This document shows, in pieces, positions 23,541 through 37,014 of a stretch of DNA of 64,000 nucleotides. The notes under the pieces are model-generated. The model was not told where the DNA came from and made no database searches. It worked only from the letters and a program-made list of their open reading frames with translations. Positions within the stretch are counted from its first letter, which is position 1; the number at the start of each line of letters is the position of its first letter. Source of the DNA: Octopus bimaculoides. Taxonomy: Eukaryota. The stretch spans positions 20,443,687 to 20,507,686 of the forward strand of contig NC_068983.1 of the NCBI RefSeq assembly GCF_001194135.2, given 5' to 3'. A program made the translations under genes and the position numbers.

Positions 23541-24619
23541 GGACATGAAAATTGTCGAATCGCTCTTTTTATTTGATTGGTAATGAGCAGAGTCTACGCA
23601 GTGGAGAGTAACCCCTTATCTGCAACGCTTGATGAAAAATAAAATGCCCAATACTGGTTTTTAGTGTCAGTTAAAATATCATTATATATCTCAAGATTAT
23701 AGTTGTATGATCAGCTATGTAGTTTTGTCATAAAATAAACACGAACACAAACACGGCAAGCTCCCACGTTATGTCACCTGTTACATTTTTGAGAAAGTTT
23801 TCATCAGAATTTCAACGTTAAACAACTTTTCACTGACTCAATTTTTTTTTTTAACTCTTAATAGACGGGCTGCAACCCTAACGTGATACGCTGCGTCGAG
23901 TTTCTCAGTTCGAAGCAAACACTTTCTTTGTGTGGTTTTCATTCTTTTTCGTAGAAGGTCATCCATCCAGATTTGAGATCACGTTTGGTGATTGTGCTTC
24001 CTAATTTGAAAAAAACTGGTGTCATCGTCGTTCTTTGTATGGTTCAAAAATCATTCTCGCTACAGACCTGTTGCAACATTANNNNNNNNNNNNNNNNNNN
24101 NNNNNNNNNNNNNNNNNNNNNNNNNNNNNNNNNNNNNNNNNNNNNNNNNNNNNNNNNNNNNNNNNNNNNNNNNNNNNNNNNNNNNNNNNNNNNNNNNNNN
24201 NNNNNNNNNNNNNNNNNNNNNNNNNNNNNNNNNNNNNNNNNNNNNNNNNNNNNNNNNNNNNNNNNNNNNNNNNNNNNNNNNNNNNNNNNNNNNNNNNNNN
24301 NNNNNNNNNNNNNNNNNNNNNNNNNNNNNNNNNNNNNNNNNNNNNNNNNNNNNNNNNNNNNNNNNNNNNNNNNNNNNNNNNNNNNNNNNNNNNNNNNNNN
24401 NNNNNNNNNNNNNNNNNNNNNNNNNNNNNNNNNNNNNNNNNNNNNNNNNNNNNNNNNNNNNNNNNNNNNNNNNNNNNNNNNNNNNNNNNNNNNNNNNNNN
24501 NNNNNNNNNNNNNNNNNATATATATATATATATATATATAGATATACCTACACAAACTTGTGCGCATACGTTCAGAACATACACGACAAACGAGAGTGAA
24601 TGAGAGAAAGAGAGAGAGG

Positions 24620-24677
<58 letters not shown>

Positions 24678-24748
24678 GAAAGTGTGGAGGTAGTTAGAAA
24701 TGGATAACCTACATACAATGATATGCTCTGAAACAGTCAAACACATAC

Positions 24749-24802
24749 CTGTCTTCGCCTCTTTTCCGATATATATGCTAATTCTTCATGTCGGCGACTA
24801 GT
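24749..24802 (-). CDS. Candidate 54-nt phase-0 microexon (TSRRHEELAYISEKRRRQ) of an unidentified gene
   Basis: TTTGTTTCAG acceptor, CAG|GTATGT donor and length divisible by 3. Only phase 0 is open, and it lies in non-repeat sequence. Confidence 0.35.
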
Positions 24803-24957
24803 CTGAAACAAACCCTGCTTCTAAATAATTGATTAGTCGATAGATATCATTTTCTTTGTCGATGTTGTTATCGTTGTGTCGTATTTGTTGCCATAGAAAC
24901 AGTACAATGACTACAGGAAACATCTAATTACTGATCACTCACAGACTTCGATCTCAC

Positions 24958-25044
24958 CTGTTTGCGAATCATTAAGGTGTATATTCATCAAACTTGACAC
25001 ATGCCAATGTCTAATTGTCCCACTGGTAAAATGGAAAGTTTTAT
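24958..25044 (-). other. Candidate upstream exon (87 nt), possibly 5' UTR plus ATG (MIRKQ)
   Basis: GTTGTTGTTATAG acceptor and CAG|GTGAGA donor. It lies 155 nt from the microexon candidate. Confidence 0.2.
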
Positions 25045-25402
25045 CTATAACAACAACTAAAAGTTGCATGAATACTTGACGAGAGCTATAAATATAATTG
25101 ATAGAGAAAATTTAATGAGCCTATCTGAGTGGATAAAAGTAATTCAAAGAATATAAAAACAGCTTCAAAAAACTTTTACAACCAAAATCCTATTTGCTTT
25201 TCACTCTTATAACGTTAACCCTTTCAGAGTAATACTAGACATTCGTTCCTAAATGTTTAAAATCAGATATATTAGCTAGATAGATGTTTCTAAACCTGAG
25301 TGATAGCATCTCTTAGAGGCGTTATGAGCCCTAAGGGAGCGGCAAATTTCGATGAAACTTGTACCCTCAATATTTTCAAATGTCTATAAAACATAACAAT
25401 AA

Positions 25403-25797
25403 GGTACAGGCATGACTGTGTGGTAAGAAATTTACTTCCCAACCACATGCTTCCGGGTTCAATCACACTGCGTGGCTCCTTAAGCAAGTGTCTTCTGCTA
25501 TAGTTTTGGGTCGACCGAAGCCTTGTGATTGGATATGGTAGCCGGAAACTGAAAGAAACATGTCGTGTATATATGTGTGTGCTTGTGTCTGTGTCCCCGC
25601 CCACGCCTTGACAACCGGTGTTGGTGCGTTTACGTCCTTGTTTATTAGAGGTTCGGTAAAACAACCGATAGAATAAGTACCAGACTGAAAAAAGTAATTA
25701 CTGTAGTCGATTCATTCAACTAAAATTCTTCGATCTAATAGCGCCCCAGCATGAGCAAAGTCTGCTGACCGAAACGAGTACAAAATAAAAGATAAAG
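25403..25797 (+). mobile_element. Full-length SINE family B
   Basis: Head GGTACAGGCATGACTGTGTGGTAAG, CCGGGTTCAATC, CCTTAAGCAAGTGTCTTC core and AAAATAAAAGATAAAG tail. Confidence 0.9.
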
Positions 25798-25885
25798 TAG
25801 AAGAGTTGGGAATTATCTAATGTGTTAAAAGAATCATGAATTGTGATGCGCGGAGACCCAATGTATTTTCATTATTCAAGTCCTT

Positions 25886-26076
25886 AAGGTGGCTAGCTGA
25901 TGAAATCTTTAGCACGCCAGACAAAGTGCTTAGTGGCAATTCGTCCTTCTTTAGGTTTTGCCTTCAAATTCCGTCGAGGTTGATAAAATAAGTATCAGTC
26001 ACGCACTGGAGTCTATGTAATCGACTAGACCCTTCTACTAAAATTTCAAGCCTTGTACCTATTGTAGAAGGAATTA
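25886..26076 (+). mobile_element. SINE family A (internal deletion)
   Basis: AAGGTGGCTAGCTG.., TTCAAATTCCGTCGAGGT and GTAATCGACTAG..TTTCAAGCCTTGTACC. Confidence 0.85.
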
Positions 26077-26867
26077 TATGTGTTATCGCCTTCTTTTGTT
26101 AAATCTCCATAAAGATCGAACGTAGGAGGTACTTGTTCGCGCAATAATCTTACGAAAAAAAAAAAAACCCAAACACAGAGAAGTACATATAATGAATGGG
26201 ATACTATTAACAAAAGTATGCATAATGAACCACCGTGCAATATGAGTTACTTTTTGTATGTGGTTGTTTTTCTTTCGCAAACCATAAAGAAGAAACACTT
26301 GCAAAACCCCATTCAAAAGAAAAGTGTTACTGAGCTACAAAAGAAAAACAAAAACAACAACAAAAATAAAATAAAATTAAAAAAAAAAATTTGGAAACAA
26401 CTGGACTAGATTAACCTGGAAAACAGATAAAACCTATAACTAGGTTTTGGCCAATTTTCAGCATAGCAACTCATTATTTCTTAAAAAAAAAAAATCGGTT
26501 TAAAATATTGAACTGGTATATGATAGCAGTTGATTCTTATACCGGAATAATAATCTTCAATGTTTAAGCAGCCAGGAATATTTATAAGAAGAATATATCC
26601 GTTTATAGTTGAACAATAGTAGCCATCTTCTGATTGCCACTGGTTATTTTATAAGAAAAATCTCACTTTAAAAGCTTTGTCATTCAACTTTTTTTTTTTA
26701 TTGTACGAAACAATATGCTGAGAGATTAATCCGAAAATCTACTTCAAATTAAAATTGACACGCCGCCTCAGACATAATGTCGATATCGCTTTCCGTTTCA
26801 AACATTTTTTCTTTGTATGTTTGCATTTATTTATCTATGTATCTTATCTGTTTTGCTTCCTTACGGC

Positions 26868-26899
<32 letters not shown>

Positions 26900-27626
26900 A
26901 TCTGTTTGTCTATCTCTCGATCGTTTGATCGTTCTCTTTCTTTTATTACGTATATGCTTTTTTAAAAATATTATATCTATACTAAATAATAAAGACTAAT
27001 ACCTCTCATCTCTTATCAATAAAATCTGCTACCTTAAACATCTTCGAGTGTTATTGAAAGGCGACGATTATGAATATCCAAAAGTAAGAGATACTAACGA
27101 TTCTCCTTGAGATAAATCTATTTATATTAATTAAAGCAACATTTATTTTGTTGAACGCAGCTCGAACCCTAGACGCTAAATTCCACTTATTTCTTCTTAT
27201 TTCCCTTATTAGGAAAGGCTGCAATACCACAATCATCATTTGATAGGCGGCCGGTAGATAATGCCATTAAATATTAAAGTGAGAGAACAAAATTCATTCA
27301 ACAGAAATTTCAATTGTGTCAGATGCACCTAGCTAATTATGACAGCTAATTAGGTACCTGAAAAATCAAATGATCATATCCTGTCATTACTATTGCAGGG
27401 AATTGCAGTGGCTACTTAGCAACTATAGGAATAGTCCACCTAGCTAGCTATAATTAGGTACTATTGTACGTGGTATAGTTCAATGCTGCACACAGCCATT
27501 ACACTAAAATTAACGAGTGATATTTTGAGCTGACTTTGGCACTAAGCCACAGATTTACAGACGGGGTTATTGTCATGCTTTACTTAATTATCATTAGTGT
27601 ATTGTACTTATTATATCGATTTCACC

Positions 27627-27842
27627 ACATGGCTAAATAGTTAGGGGTTTTCACTCAAAATTGTATGGTCGTACTTTCGATTCCTGGAGTAGGAGTTGTT
27701 TTGTGTTCTTGGGCAAAACACTTCGTTTCACGATACTCTTCGGTCGCTTCTATATCTGACACGTGGCACACTGTGCACCAGTAAAGGCAATGACGATTTG
27801 ATAGTGCATATGCGTTAATGTGCAGCACATACATTTGATCCC
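27627..27842 (+). mobile_element. SINE family C-like copy
   Basis: ACATGGCTAAATAGTTAG, TTTCGATTCCTGG and TGTGTTCTTGGGCAAAACACTT. Confidence 0.7.
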
Positions 27843-28006
27843 CGTCCCCAAAGAAAGAAAATCACCTTTCTGATTATTCAGCGAGAAACTGTGTAGCACT
27901 CATCTGCCGTTCATAATAGGAAAAGCCACAAATACGACAAAAGAAAAAATGTAAAGAAAATATCGATCTCTGGCGTATTTCGTTTGGCAGAAAACGAATT
28001 CAGATT

Positions 28007-28233
28007 TTAACATTTAGCATTTAAATGGTCCATATCTGGCCCAAATATTCTACATTGTTTTATGTTCAAAATAGCCAGACCTGGCCTCTCATACCTACCC
28101 CGCAATGTCATTCCGAAAATAAACAATCACACCATCGAAATATCGATGCTATTAGATCATGTATTTTTAATTCATAATTATGTCAATAAATAGAATCACA
28201 TTTGACCGAGTATTCTGAATGCGAAAGGGTTAA
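28007..28233. mobile_element. piggyBac-like MITE with TTAA ends
   Basis: Left TTAA-CATTTAGCATT (decayed CCCTTTAGCATT) and right AATGCGAAAGGG-TTAA, about 227 bp with no ORF. Confidence 0.7.
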
Positions 28234-28569
28234 CGAAATACAACATCGCATTTTCTTTGCCGTTTCTGTCTTTTCAGCACACTGTTAGAGCTAAACATTA
28301 ATGAGTAACAAAGACATGATATTGACTCTAATAAATGGTTGACTATTAGAAAGTTAAGAACATTAATTACGCCAGCATGACCAGCCCAAGAACGCATCTG
28401 CAATTTTCAAACAAAGGAAAGAATTGTGTGTGATAAATGAAATCCATCTATATAAATTTAATAAAAGACTAAAAAAATCATCGCTGTTCGTTACGATAAT
28501 TGTAAAAATATGCTAAAGAATAATCTCTTTTGTGTAATTATTTGAAATACATATTAAAAATAAAACTTG

Positions 28570-29173
28570 ATACTTATAGGCACAAGGACTCAAATTTGGT
28601 TGTCAATTTCATCGACTTAAGTACGTGACTTGTACTTATTTTATTGATCCCAAAGGGACAAAAGCCAAAATCAACCTCAGGATATTTGAACTGAGGGCGT
28701 AAAGATGGACGAAATGCTACTAAGAATTTTGTCCGTCGTGGTGACGATTCAACCAGCTCGCTGCCTTGATATATGGTTTTAGATTTTGGCTCAAAGCCAG
28801 CACTTTTGAGGGTTGGCGCAATTCGATTGCATTGATCCCAGTATTTGAGTGGGACCCCGAAAAAAAAACCAAAGGCAAAGTTGACCTCGGTGGTATTTGA
28901 ACTCAGAGCGTAAAGCGTTGAAAGAAAGGCTATCGAGCATTTTCTCTAGCGTTCTAACGATTCTGCCGGCTCCCTGCCTAAATACATATTCTACCTAGGC
29001 CCAAGGCTTTATATTTTGGTAGAGGAAGTTAGTCGAATACATCGACCCCAGCGCTCATCTGGTACTTATTTCATCGACACCAAGTCGATACCGGCAGATT
29101 TGGAACTCAGAACGGACGAAATGCCGCTACGCACTTTGTCTGGCATTCTACCGATTTTGTCAGCTCACTGCTT
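28570..29173 (-). mobile_element. Three head-to-tail SINE family A copies (about 28570-28767, 28775-28979, 28985-29173)
   Basis: Three successive tail, B box (TTTGAACT) and head (CCAGCTC..GCC) cycles. Confidence 0.85.
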
Positions 29174-30284
29174 TATTATATATTAGAAATAATGTCATTG
29201 GTGTATGCATGTATTCACAAGAGAAGGGCTTCTCGTGAATTAAATATCAATATTCTCTGTTCTAACTATGCTTCTTTATAAGACTGAAATAGCAGGAGCA
29301 GTATTGGAAATATATTTGACCTCAATACATGCCTAGTACATGACTAAAGTTAACGAGTGAGAGCGGAGAGGTGGCATAATTAATATCACAAGACATTAAG
29401 ACCACTACTCAGCCGTTTGTGGAAGTCCAGCACTTTCACTATTCCAATATTTATTCCTTACTTTGCTAGTGACACTAATTTATAGGGAAGGAGTTCGGTC
29501 GATTGAATCGATACCGGTATATGACTTGAATTTATTTTATTGATCCCAGAGAGATAAAAGGCGAATTTTAGCCTGATGGGATTTAAAATCTGAAAGTAGA
29601 GTAATTGATAGACATTAGTGAGTTACCGTTTCTGCTATTCAATTATATTGTATTATTCAAATAATCAATGATATCAGAAATATATTGTTCGAGCATCCTT
29701 CTGTCGACAGTCAACCAAGATTGGTATATTTCTGGGAAAAAGAGATGGAATAATCTAACTGGTAGAACATACAATATTCCATCTGACAGTGCATGACTTG
29801 TGTGCAGTAGGTATGAATTTCAATAGCAGCCTCCATGTGATAAATGCCATTAGATCCTAATATTTGGAATTATTCTGATCAGCAGGTAATGGATGAATAT
29901 TGGCTGCGGGATTCCAACTCTTTACTATTCTTCTAGGTCAGAGGTATGACAAGAAGAACTAAGTCATCATTTAATTGTTTATCCAATCAATAAAGCTGTT
30001 CATTAATTTGTCACTCTAATACGGTCTATTGGTAAACAAGAGAGAGTTCTAGGTAAATATCTTTGACGTTTCGCTCCTCGCATATACTCTCTCCCACCTC
30101 TCTGTCTCTGTCGTCTATCTGTCTGTCTTTTTTTCTCCCATTTTCTCTTTCTTTTTCCTCTCTCTCTCGTCGTGAACATTTCTCTAAATTATCTGTACAA
30201 AATTTGAGATGCAAATAACAGTGGTATCTCTACACATACTTATACAAACTCAAACATGTACGTTTAGATGTTAATATAATATGC

Positions 30285-30328
<44 letters not shown>

Positions 30329-31175
30329 NNNNNNNNNNNNNNNNNNNNNNNNNNNNNNNNNNNNNNNNNNNNNNNNNNNNNNNNNNNNNNNNNNNNNNNN
30401 NNNNNNNNNNNNNNNNNNNNNNNNNNNNNNNNNNNNNNNNNNNNNNNNNNNNNNNNNNNNNNNNNNNNNNNNNNNNNNNNNNNNNNNNNNNNNNNNNNNN
30501 NNNNNNNNNNNNNNNNNNNNNNNNNNNNNNNNNNNNNNNNNNNNNNNNNNNNNNNNNNNNNNNNNNNNNNNNNNNNNNNNNNNNNNNNNNNNNNNNNNNN
30601 NNNNNNNNNNNNNNNNNNNNNNNNNNNNNNNNNNNNNNNNNNNNNNNNNNNNNNNNNNNNNNNNNNNNNNNNNNNNNNNNNNNNNNNNNNNNNNNNNNNN
30701 NNNNNNNNNNNNNNNNNNNNNNNNNNNNNNNNNNNNNNNNNNNNNNNNNNNNNNNNNNNNNNNNNNNNNNNNNNNNNNNNNNNNNNNNNNNNNNNNNNNN
30801 NNNNNNNNNNNNNNNNNNNNNNNNNNNNNNNNNNNNNNNNNNNNNNNNNNNNNNNNNNNNNNNNNNNNNNNNNNNNNNNNNNNNNNNNNNNNNNNNNNNN
30901 NNNNNNNNNNNNNNNNNNNNNNNNNNNNNNNNNNNNNNNNNNNNNNNNNNNNNNNNNNNNNNNNNNNNNNNNNNNNNNNNNNNNNNNNNNNNNNNNNNNN
31001 NNNNNNNNNNNNNNNNNNNNNNNNNNNNNNNNNNNNNNNNNNNNNNNNNNNNNNNNNNNNNNNNNNNNNNNNNNNNNNNNNNNNNNNNNNNNNNNNNNNN
31101 NNNNNNNNNNNNNNNNNNNNNNNNNNNNNNNNNNNNNNNNNNNNNNNNNNNNNNNNNNNNNNNNNNNNNNNNNNN

Positions 31176-31224
<49 letters not shown>

Positions 31225-31227
<3 letters not shown>

Positions 31228-31460
31228 GTGTATATGTGTGTGTATCTCTCTGTGTCCTCACACACCGCTTGGCAACCGGTATTGGTTTGTTTACGCCCTG
31301 CAACCATGTGGCTCCGGAATAAGATATCGATAAAATAAGTACCAGACTTTAAGTAATGTACTGGTTTGGATTTGTTCCGACTAAACTTTTTCAAAGCGGT
31401 TCTACAGCATGGCTGCAGTCCAATGACTGAAGCAAGTACAAAATAAATGATAAAAAGAGG
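31225..31460 (+). mobile_element. SINE family B 3' half (5' part probably in the N gap)
   Basis: CACCGCTTGGCAACCGG, GATAAAATAAGTACCAG and CAGCATGGCTGCAGTCCAATGACTGAAGCAAGT. Confidence 0.85.
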
Positions 31461-32482
31461 AGACATTTTTACTTATGGTATTAAACGTTGTGATGCTTGA
31501 TAAGGTTTTAGCTGCTATACCCTGCAGGTCAAACGTTTGGCCGTAAGTGACTCTGCATGCAATTAAGAAACAGGATTACTTAGGAAGATTATGAAAATCA
31601 CGAAATCTACTTTCTTAAACACAGGATTCATTCTGAGTTGATTTTTATGCTATTTATTCAATTCACCTAAACTTTAGTATTCAAAATATCCTGTGCTATT
31701 AAATTATCTGTTGAAATAAAATTCGCGACATACTAAGTGCTTTAGTATAATTCTCTCCGTTCTTTATTTTATCGCTTCATCCTTCCTATAACAGTAATAG
31801 ACTATCGCGAAATCTCTCACCTTTAATCTTTTCTGGTAAGACATTCCGATGTTTATATATTCAAAACAAGCCATGACGTAGCTTCTTCAGTTTGCTTAGG
31901 ATCCAGAATTAATGTTTGGTCAATCAAGTTTACGATCACTATTTCGTTGCAAACATTTAAATTAAAATACATCCTTCGTCGAAGCATGATCGAAAGCAGG
32001 ATCCTGCTTTTTCTTCATAGACTATGCAGTCATTGTATTTATGTAAGACAAATATATTTTATTAAATTTCCATAAAGTATATCAATTTGGGTTAAGTGAA
32101 AAGTCAACATCAATCATCGTTAACACTTTATATATATATATATATTATGCGATAGCTTGTAGATATAACAGGGCAGCAGACACAATGCTTTATCACATTA
32201 AATCATGCCATCTAAATACTTCAATTAAATCTGCGAGTATTGATATAGAGGGAAAATGACAGCCTATAAAGCATTGGGAGTAATTTCTCATAGATCACAA
32301 AATCCCATAAAGTACAGACATTCAGCAATGTATTTGAGTATTACAATTTATTCTACGTCGCCTCAGTTCACTGGGCTATTAGAATTATCTGGAAAGATTA
32401 TCTGTGATATTTCCGTGTCTCATCGGCTTCTGGAATGGAAATGGAGTTGAGATTTTAAATCTCTAGAGCTCTCTTAGTTCTA

Positions 32483-32859
32483 TGTTGTTGGTACTCCGTC
32501 GCTTACGACGTCGAGGGTTCAAGTTCATCCTATCAACGGAACAGCCTGCTCGTGAATTTAACGTGCAAGTGGCTGAACACTCCACAGACAACGTGCACCC
32601 TTAACGTAGTTCTCGAGGATATTCAGCGTAACACAGTGTGACAAGGCTGACCCTTTGAATTACAGGCACAATCGAAACAGTAAGTAAGAATGAGAGAAAG
32701 TTGTGGTGAAAGAGTATAGTAGGGTTCGCCACCACCCGCTGCCGGAGCCTCGTGGGGCTTTAGGTGTTTTCGCTCAATAAACACTCACAACGCCCAGTCT
32801 GGGAACCGAAATCGCGATCCTACGACCGCGAGACCGCTGCCCTAACAACTGGGCCATTG
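32483..32859 (-). mobile_element. SINE family D (tRNA head, (CAA)n tail), head clipped
   Basis: Closely matches 44835-45223 along its length. Confidence 0.9.
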
Positions 32860-33916
32860 TGATCTAAGGTAGAGACCTTAGATCTATACACCTCTTACTA
32901 CTAAATTCTTTACCGTTGTAGATCAGTTGTTCAGTTATGAGTTCAGATCTCACTCGGGTTGAATTGATTTAAAAAGATATATTTATTATAACGTTACCAC
33001 TATTTTTAGTTAATCGAACCACTCTATGAAGTTATTATGAGTATTATTAAAATCGCCATCNNNNNNNNNNNNNNNNNNNNNNNNNNNNNNNNNNNNNNNN
33101 NNNNNNNNNNNNNNNNNNNNNNNNNNNNNNNNNNNNNNNNNNNNNNNNNNNNNNNNNNNNNNNNNNNNNNNNNNNNNNNNNNNNNNNNNNNNNNNNNNNN
33201 NNNNNNNNNNNNNNNNNNNNNNNNNNNNNNNNNNNNNNNNNNNNNNNNNNNNNNNNNNNNNNNNNNNNNNNNNNNNNNNNNNNNNNNNNNNNNNNNNNNN
33301 NNNNNNNNNNNNNNNNNNNNNNNNNNNNNNNNNNNNNNNNNNNNNNNNNNNNNNNNNNNNNNNNNNNNNNNNNNNNNNNNNNNNNNNNNNNNNNNNNNNN
33401 NNNNNNNNNNNNNNNNNNNNNNNNNNNNNNNNNNNNNNNNNNNNNNNNNNNNNNNNNNNNNNNNNNNNNNNNNNNNNNNNNNNNNNNNNNNNNNNNNNNN
33501 NNNNNNNNNNNNNNNNNNNNNNNNNNNNNNNNNNNNNNNNNNNNNNNNNNNNNNNNNNNNNNNNNNNNNNNNNNNNNNNNNNNNNNNNNNNNNNNNNNNN
33601 NNNNNNNNNNNNNNNNNNNNNNNNNNNNNNNNNNNNNNNNNNNNNNNNNNNNNNNNNNNNNNNNNNNNNNNNNNNNNNNNNNNNNNNNNNNNNNNNNNNN
33701 NNNNNNNNNNNNNNNNNNNNNNNNNNNNNNNNNNNNNNNNNNNNNNNNNNNNNNNNNNNNNNNNNNNNNNNNNNNNNNNNNNNNNNNNNNNNNNNNNNNN
33801 NNNNNNNNNNNNNNNNNNNNNNNNNNNNNNNNNNNNNNNNNNNNNNNNNNNNNNNNNNNNNNNNNNNNNNNNNNNNNNNNNNNNNNNNNNNNNNNNNNNN
33901 NNNNNNNNNNNNNNNN

Positions 33917-33940
<24 letters not shown>

Positions 33941-33950
<10 letters not shown>

Positions 33951-34198
33951 TACCCCCCTTTTACATACACACACATAAACTCACACAGAGTTGAAACGCT
34001 GTTTGATTTTTCTTTTCAGCGTTCAATGTTAACCATCCCATTTCCATTGCACGTGCACGCACACACACAGAAACACATACACACACATACACGCACACAC
34101 TCACATTCACATAGCCCCCTTTTACATACACACATATATTCACACAGAGTTGAAAAGCTGATTTATTTTTTTCAGCGTACAATTTTCATCATCCCACT
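33941..34198. repeat. Local tandem duplication, about 155-bp unit, two copies
   Basis: CCCCCTTTTTACATACACAC..CACACAGAGTTGAAA..TTTTCAGCGT-CAAT..CATCCCA occurs twice. Confidence 0.8.
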
Positions 34199-34448
34199 AC
34201 CAAGTCTGACATCACCCAATCCTTCCTTATTCATCTATGACCCTTTCCTTTCTCATTCATAAACACAAGAGTATTACTATAGCAGATTATCTCGGTAACA
34301 ATGGGAGCTATGAAAAAAATACAAGGCCCAGTAAAACCACCGGATCATTCTACATATCTGGGTAATTTTTCGCGCAGTTCCATCTAGCCATTTGACCATA
34401 AATCCCAACAAAAGAAAATGTACAGGAAAGAATCGCCCATTTCAAATT

Positions 34449-34481
<33 letters not shown>

Positions 34482-34498
34482 NNNNNNNNNNTCAAATT

Positions 34499-34566
<68 letters not shown>

Positions 34567-34924
34567 ATTTTTAAATATACCATATCCATGCGAGATGTTT
34601 TATCACGACGAAATTCGCGGTAACGTGCCTTTCAGCAGTGCATCTACATTCAGTATGATACATATATTGCTAATTTAATTTCACATGACTTTATTTGCAT
34701 ATATCGAACAATTATTATTAGTATTTATATCACGCATTGCTCTTTTTCTTTCTTTCTTTCTTTCTTTCTTTGTGAAGTATTTAATTTTTTAAATTTTAAT
34801 TTAATTACAGAAACGCAATTTTTGACCATTGGATACCTTGAAAAATTAGAAGTGTAAAAGTTCCTACCCTGCCATTATTGAAGATGGATTTTAGGTATGT
34901 CAGATTGATTTTTCTTCATGTCAA

Positions 34925-35334
34925 CATAATTATAAGGTCAGTAGTTTTGAGGGGAGGTGGTTATTCGATGCCATCAACACCTGCACTTAAACAATACTAT
35001 ATTTCATCGATTCTTGAGGAATTAAAGTATTGTTAACCTCTGCAAGATTTAAATTCAAAATTTTCAGATCTGTGAGAAATGCTGCCATATACTCTCATGC
35101 TCTGACGATTCTGCCAGTTCGCTATCATAAAAATGATAAAGTTTTAAAGTTTTGCATAAGTCTAGCAAATTTAGGGGAAGTGGGATAAGTCGATTGCCTC
35201 GCTTCCAGTGCTCAACCTTGAAAGTATAGGAGGCAACGTTAAACTTGGCGGGATTTGATCTTAGAGTATAAAGATCCGGGAGAGTTGCTGCTAAGCACTT
35301 TTTCTCCCCACGCTTTAACAATTCTGCCAGCTCA
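34925..35334 (-). mobile_element. Two tandem degenerate SINE family A copies
   Basis: Two heads ending GATTCTGCCAGTTCGCT (about 35123) and ATTCTGCCAGCTC (about 35333). Confidence 0.75.
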
Positions 35335-35787
35335 ATAATGGTAATAGTAATAATATAAATTTCTGTTTAATTAGCGTTGTGGACTGTACTAAGACGAAGT
35401 ACATATGAAAACAACGAATGCATAGAAATGCACAGGATATTTATAAAACCAGTACATGTTTTATAAATAGTAAAAGTGTGAGATCAGTAATAAGGATACA
35501 TTAATAAATAGGTAGATAATAAATGGCAATAATAGTACAGGGCAAACGAGAACCAGAGCAAGATCGCCAATATGGGTTCTTAATCACGTAGCGTGAATCG
35601 GGGAATTTCACACGCAAACCTGAATTTTTCTGATATACGAAAGACCATTATCTTCGAGTTCTAAACAGCAACCTACATACTCACTGATAATTTGGGCTAA
35701 TTTAGCAACATCAGTGTTACGACTCTCATCAGCCCTTCTGTACGATATTACTTCATAATTCACTGCATTGTCGTTCTTCCCCTATCA

Positions 35788-35852
<65 letters not shown>

Positions 35853-36979
35853 TCCTTCCTTCCCGAATGATAGTTCAAGAAGTTGAGGGTTAGTCTAAAG
35901 AGAAAAAGCACTATCCTCAGATATTTCAACTACTTCTACCGCCATAGCCACCAAACAAAGATGATAAACGTAGGCGTTTCGATGCTCTGAACGATGCAGT
36001 TGATTGACAGCCGAATCTATCGTGCACGTGATAATAGCTACAGTGGCATTAGAATGATAAAGAGTGATTACGATGATGAGACGAAAGAGGAGAAGGGAGG
36101 TTTCTATATTTTGAATGAAATTTAAATCGTTTTGACAACAATAATAGCAATTATATCATCGATCTGGCATGCGAATGATGCGCTCATAACATGAATGTAC
36201 CGTTTACTGTTTTGATTATCGATGTGTTTTGGCTATTTATATTTTGAGTTCAACCCCGATGAAGTGAATTTTGCCTTTCGTTTCTCTTAGTTCGATGAAA
36301 TGAAATAGCAGTCACGTATTAAGTCCTTCTGATCGATTACCTTTCATTCAAATTACTGGATTTGTCCCTATATTAGAAAATAGTTGCAAACGAACCGTTT
36401 ATTGTTTATTTAACACCTCTACCCTAGTAATAGTGTGTGGCTCAAAACGATATATTATCTCGCGGTATTTGATTACGTTCCACTAATGTTTTGAGTCCAA
36501 ATCGCTGAACGGATGACATTATAATTCGTACAAACATCCAATGAGCACTAATGATATGCCAAAATCAATTCAAATGACTATCTCAGCGTGCAACAGTCGG
36601 TTATATACAACCGGTTGAGTGTCGGACAAAATTCCATGTGGCATGCACAGTTAGGTTGTTTGACGCGGAACGTCCCAATTTAGCCAATGCTATTTTATCG
36701 TTCTGAGGCCGCCATAAGTAAATTTCAGTTAAATACTAGAAATATAAATCAACTACAGTTGGATCCACCAACTCATGTTAGAAATCATTCAGAACCGTTA
36801 GACCGCTGAACAAAATGCCTTGCTGTATTTGTTCCGGTACTTTGCGAATGCGAATCCTGCTGAGACCAGCTTTGCCTTTCATCTTTGAAGCGACGATCAA
36901 CTGTCGACAGGGCTCAACTTAATTAATTAACACTTCCTCACAGCTTCTGGCATGGTAATTACGTTTCAAATCATCACCG

Positions 36980-37014
<35 letters not shown>

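Noticed and set aside
31993-32010. 18-bp perfect palindrome AAAGCAGGATCCTGCTTT (also the 9-bp stem at 1257-1279)
   Set aside because: Short and not tied to any other feature, so I cannot distinguish them from chance or a trivial local inversion.
34441-34510. TCAAATTTATGTGTG duplicated on both sides of a 10-N gap
   Set aside because: Typical contig-overlap artefact.
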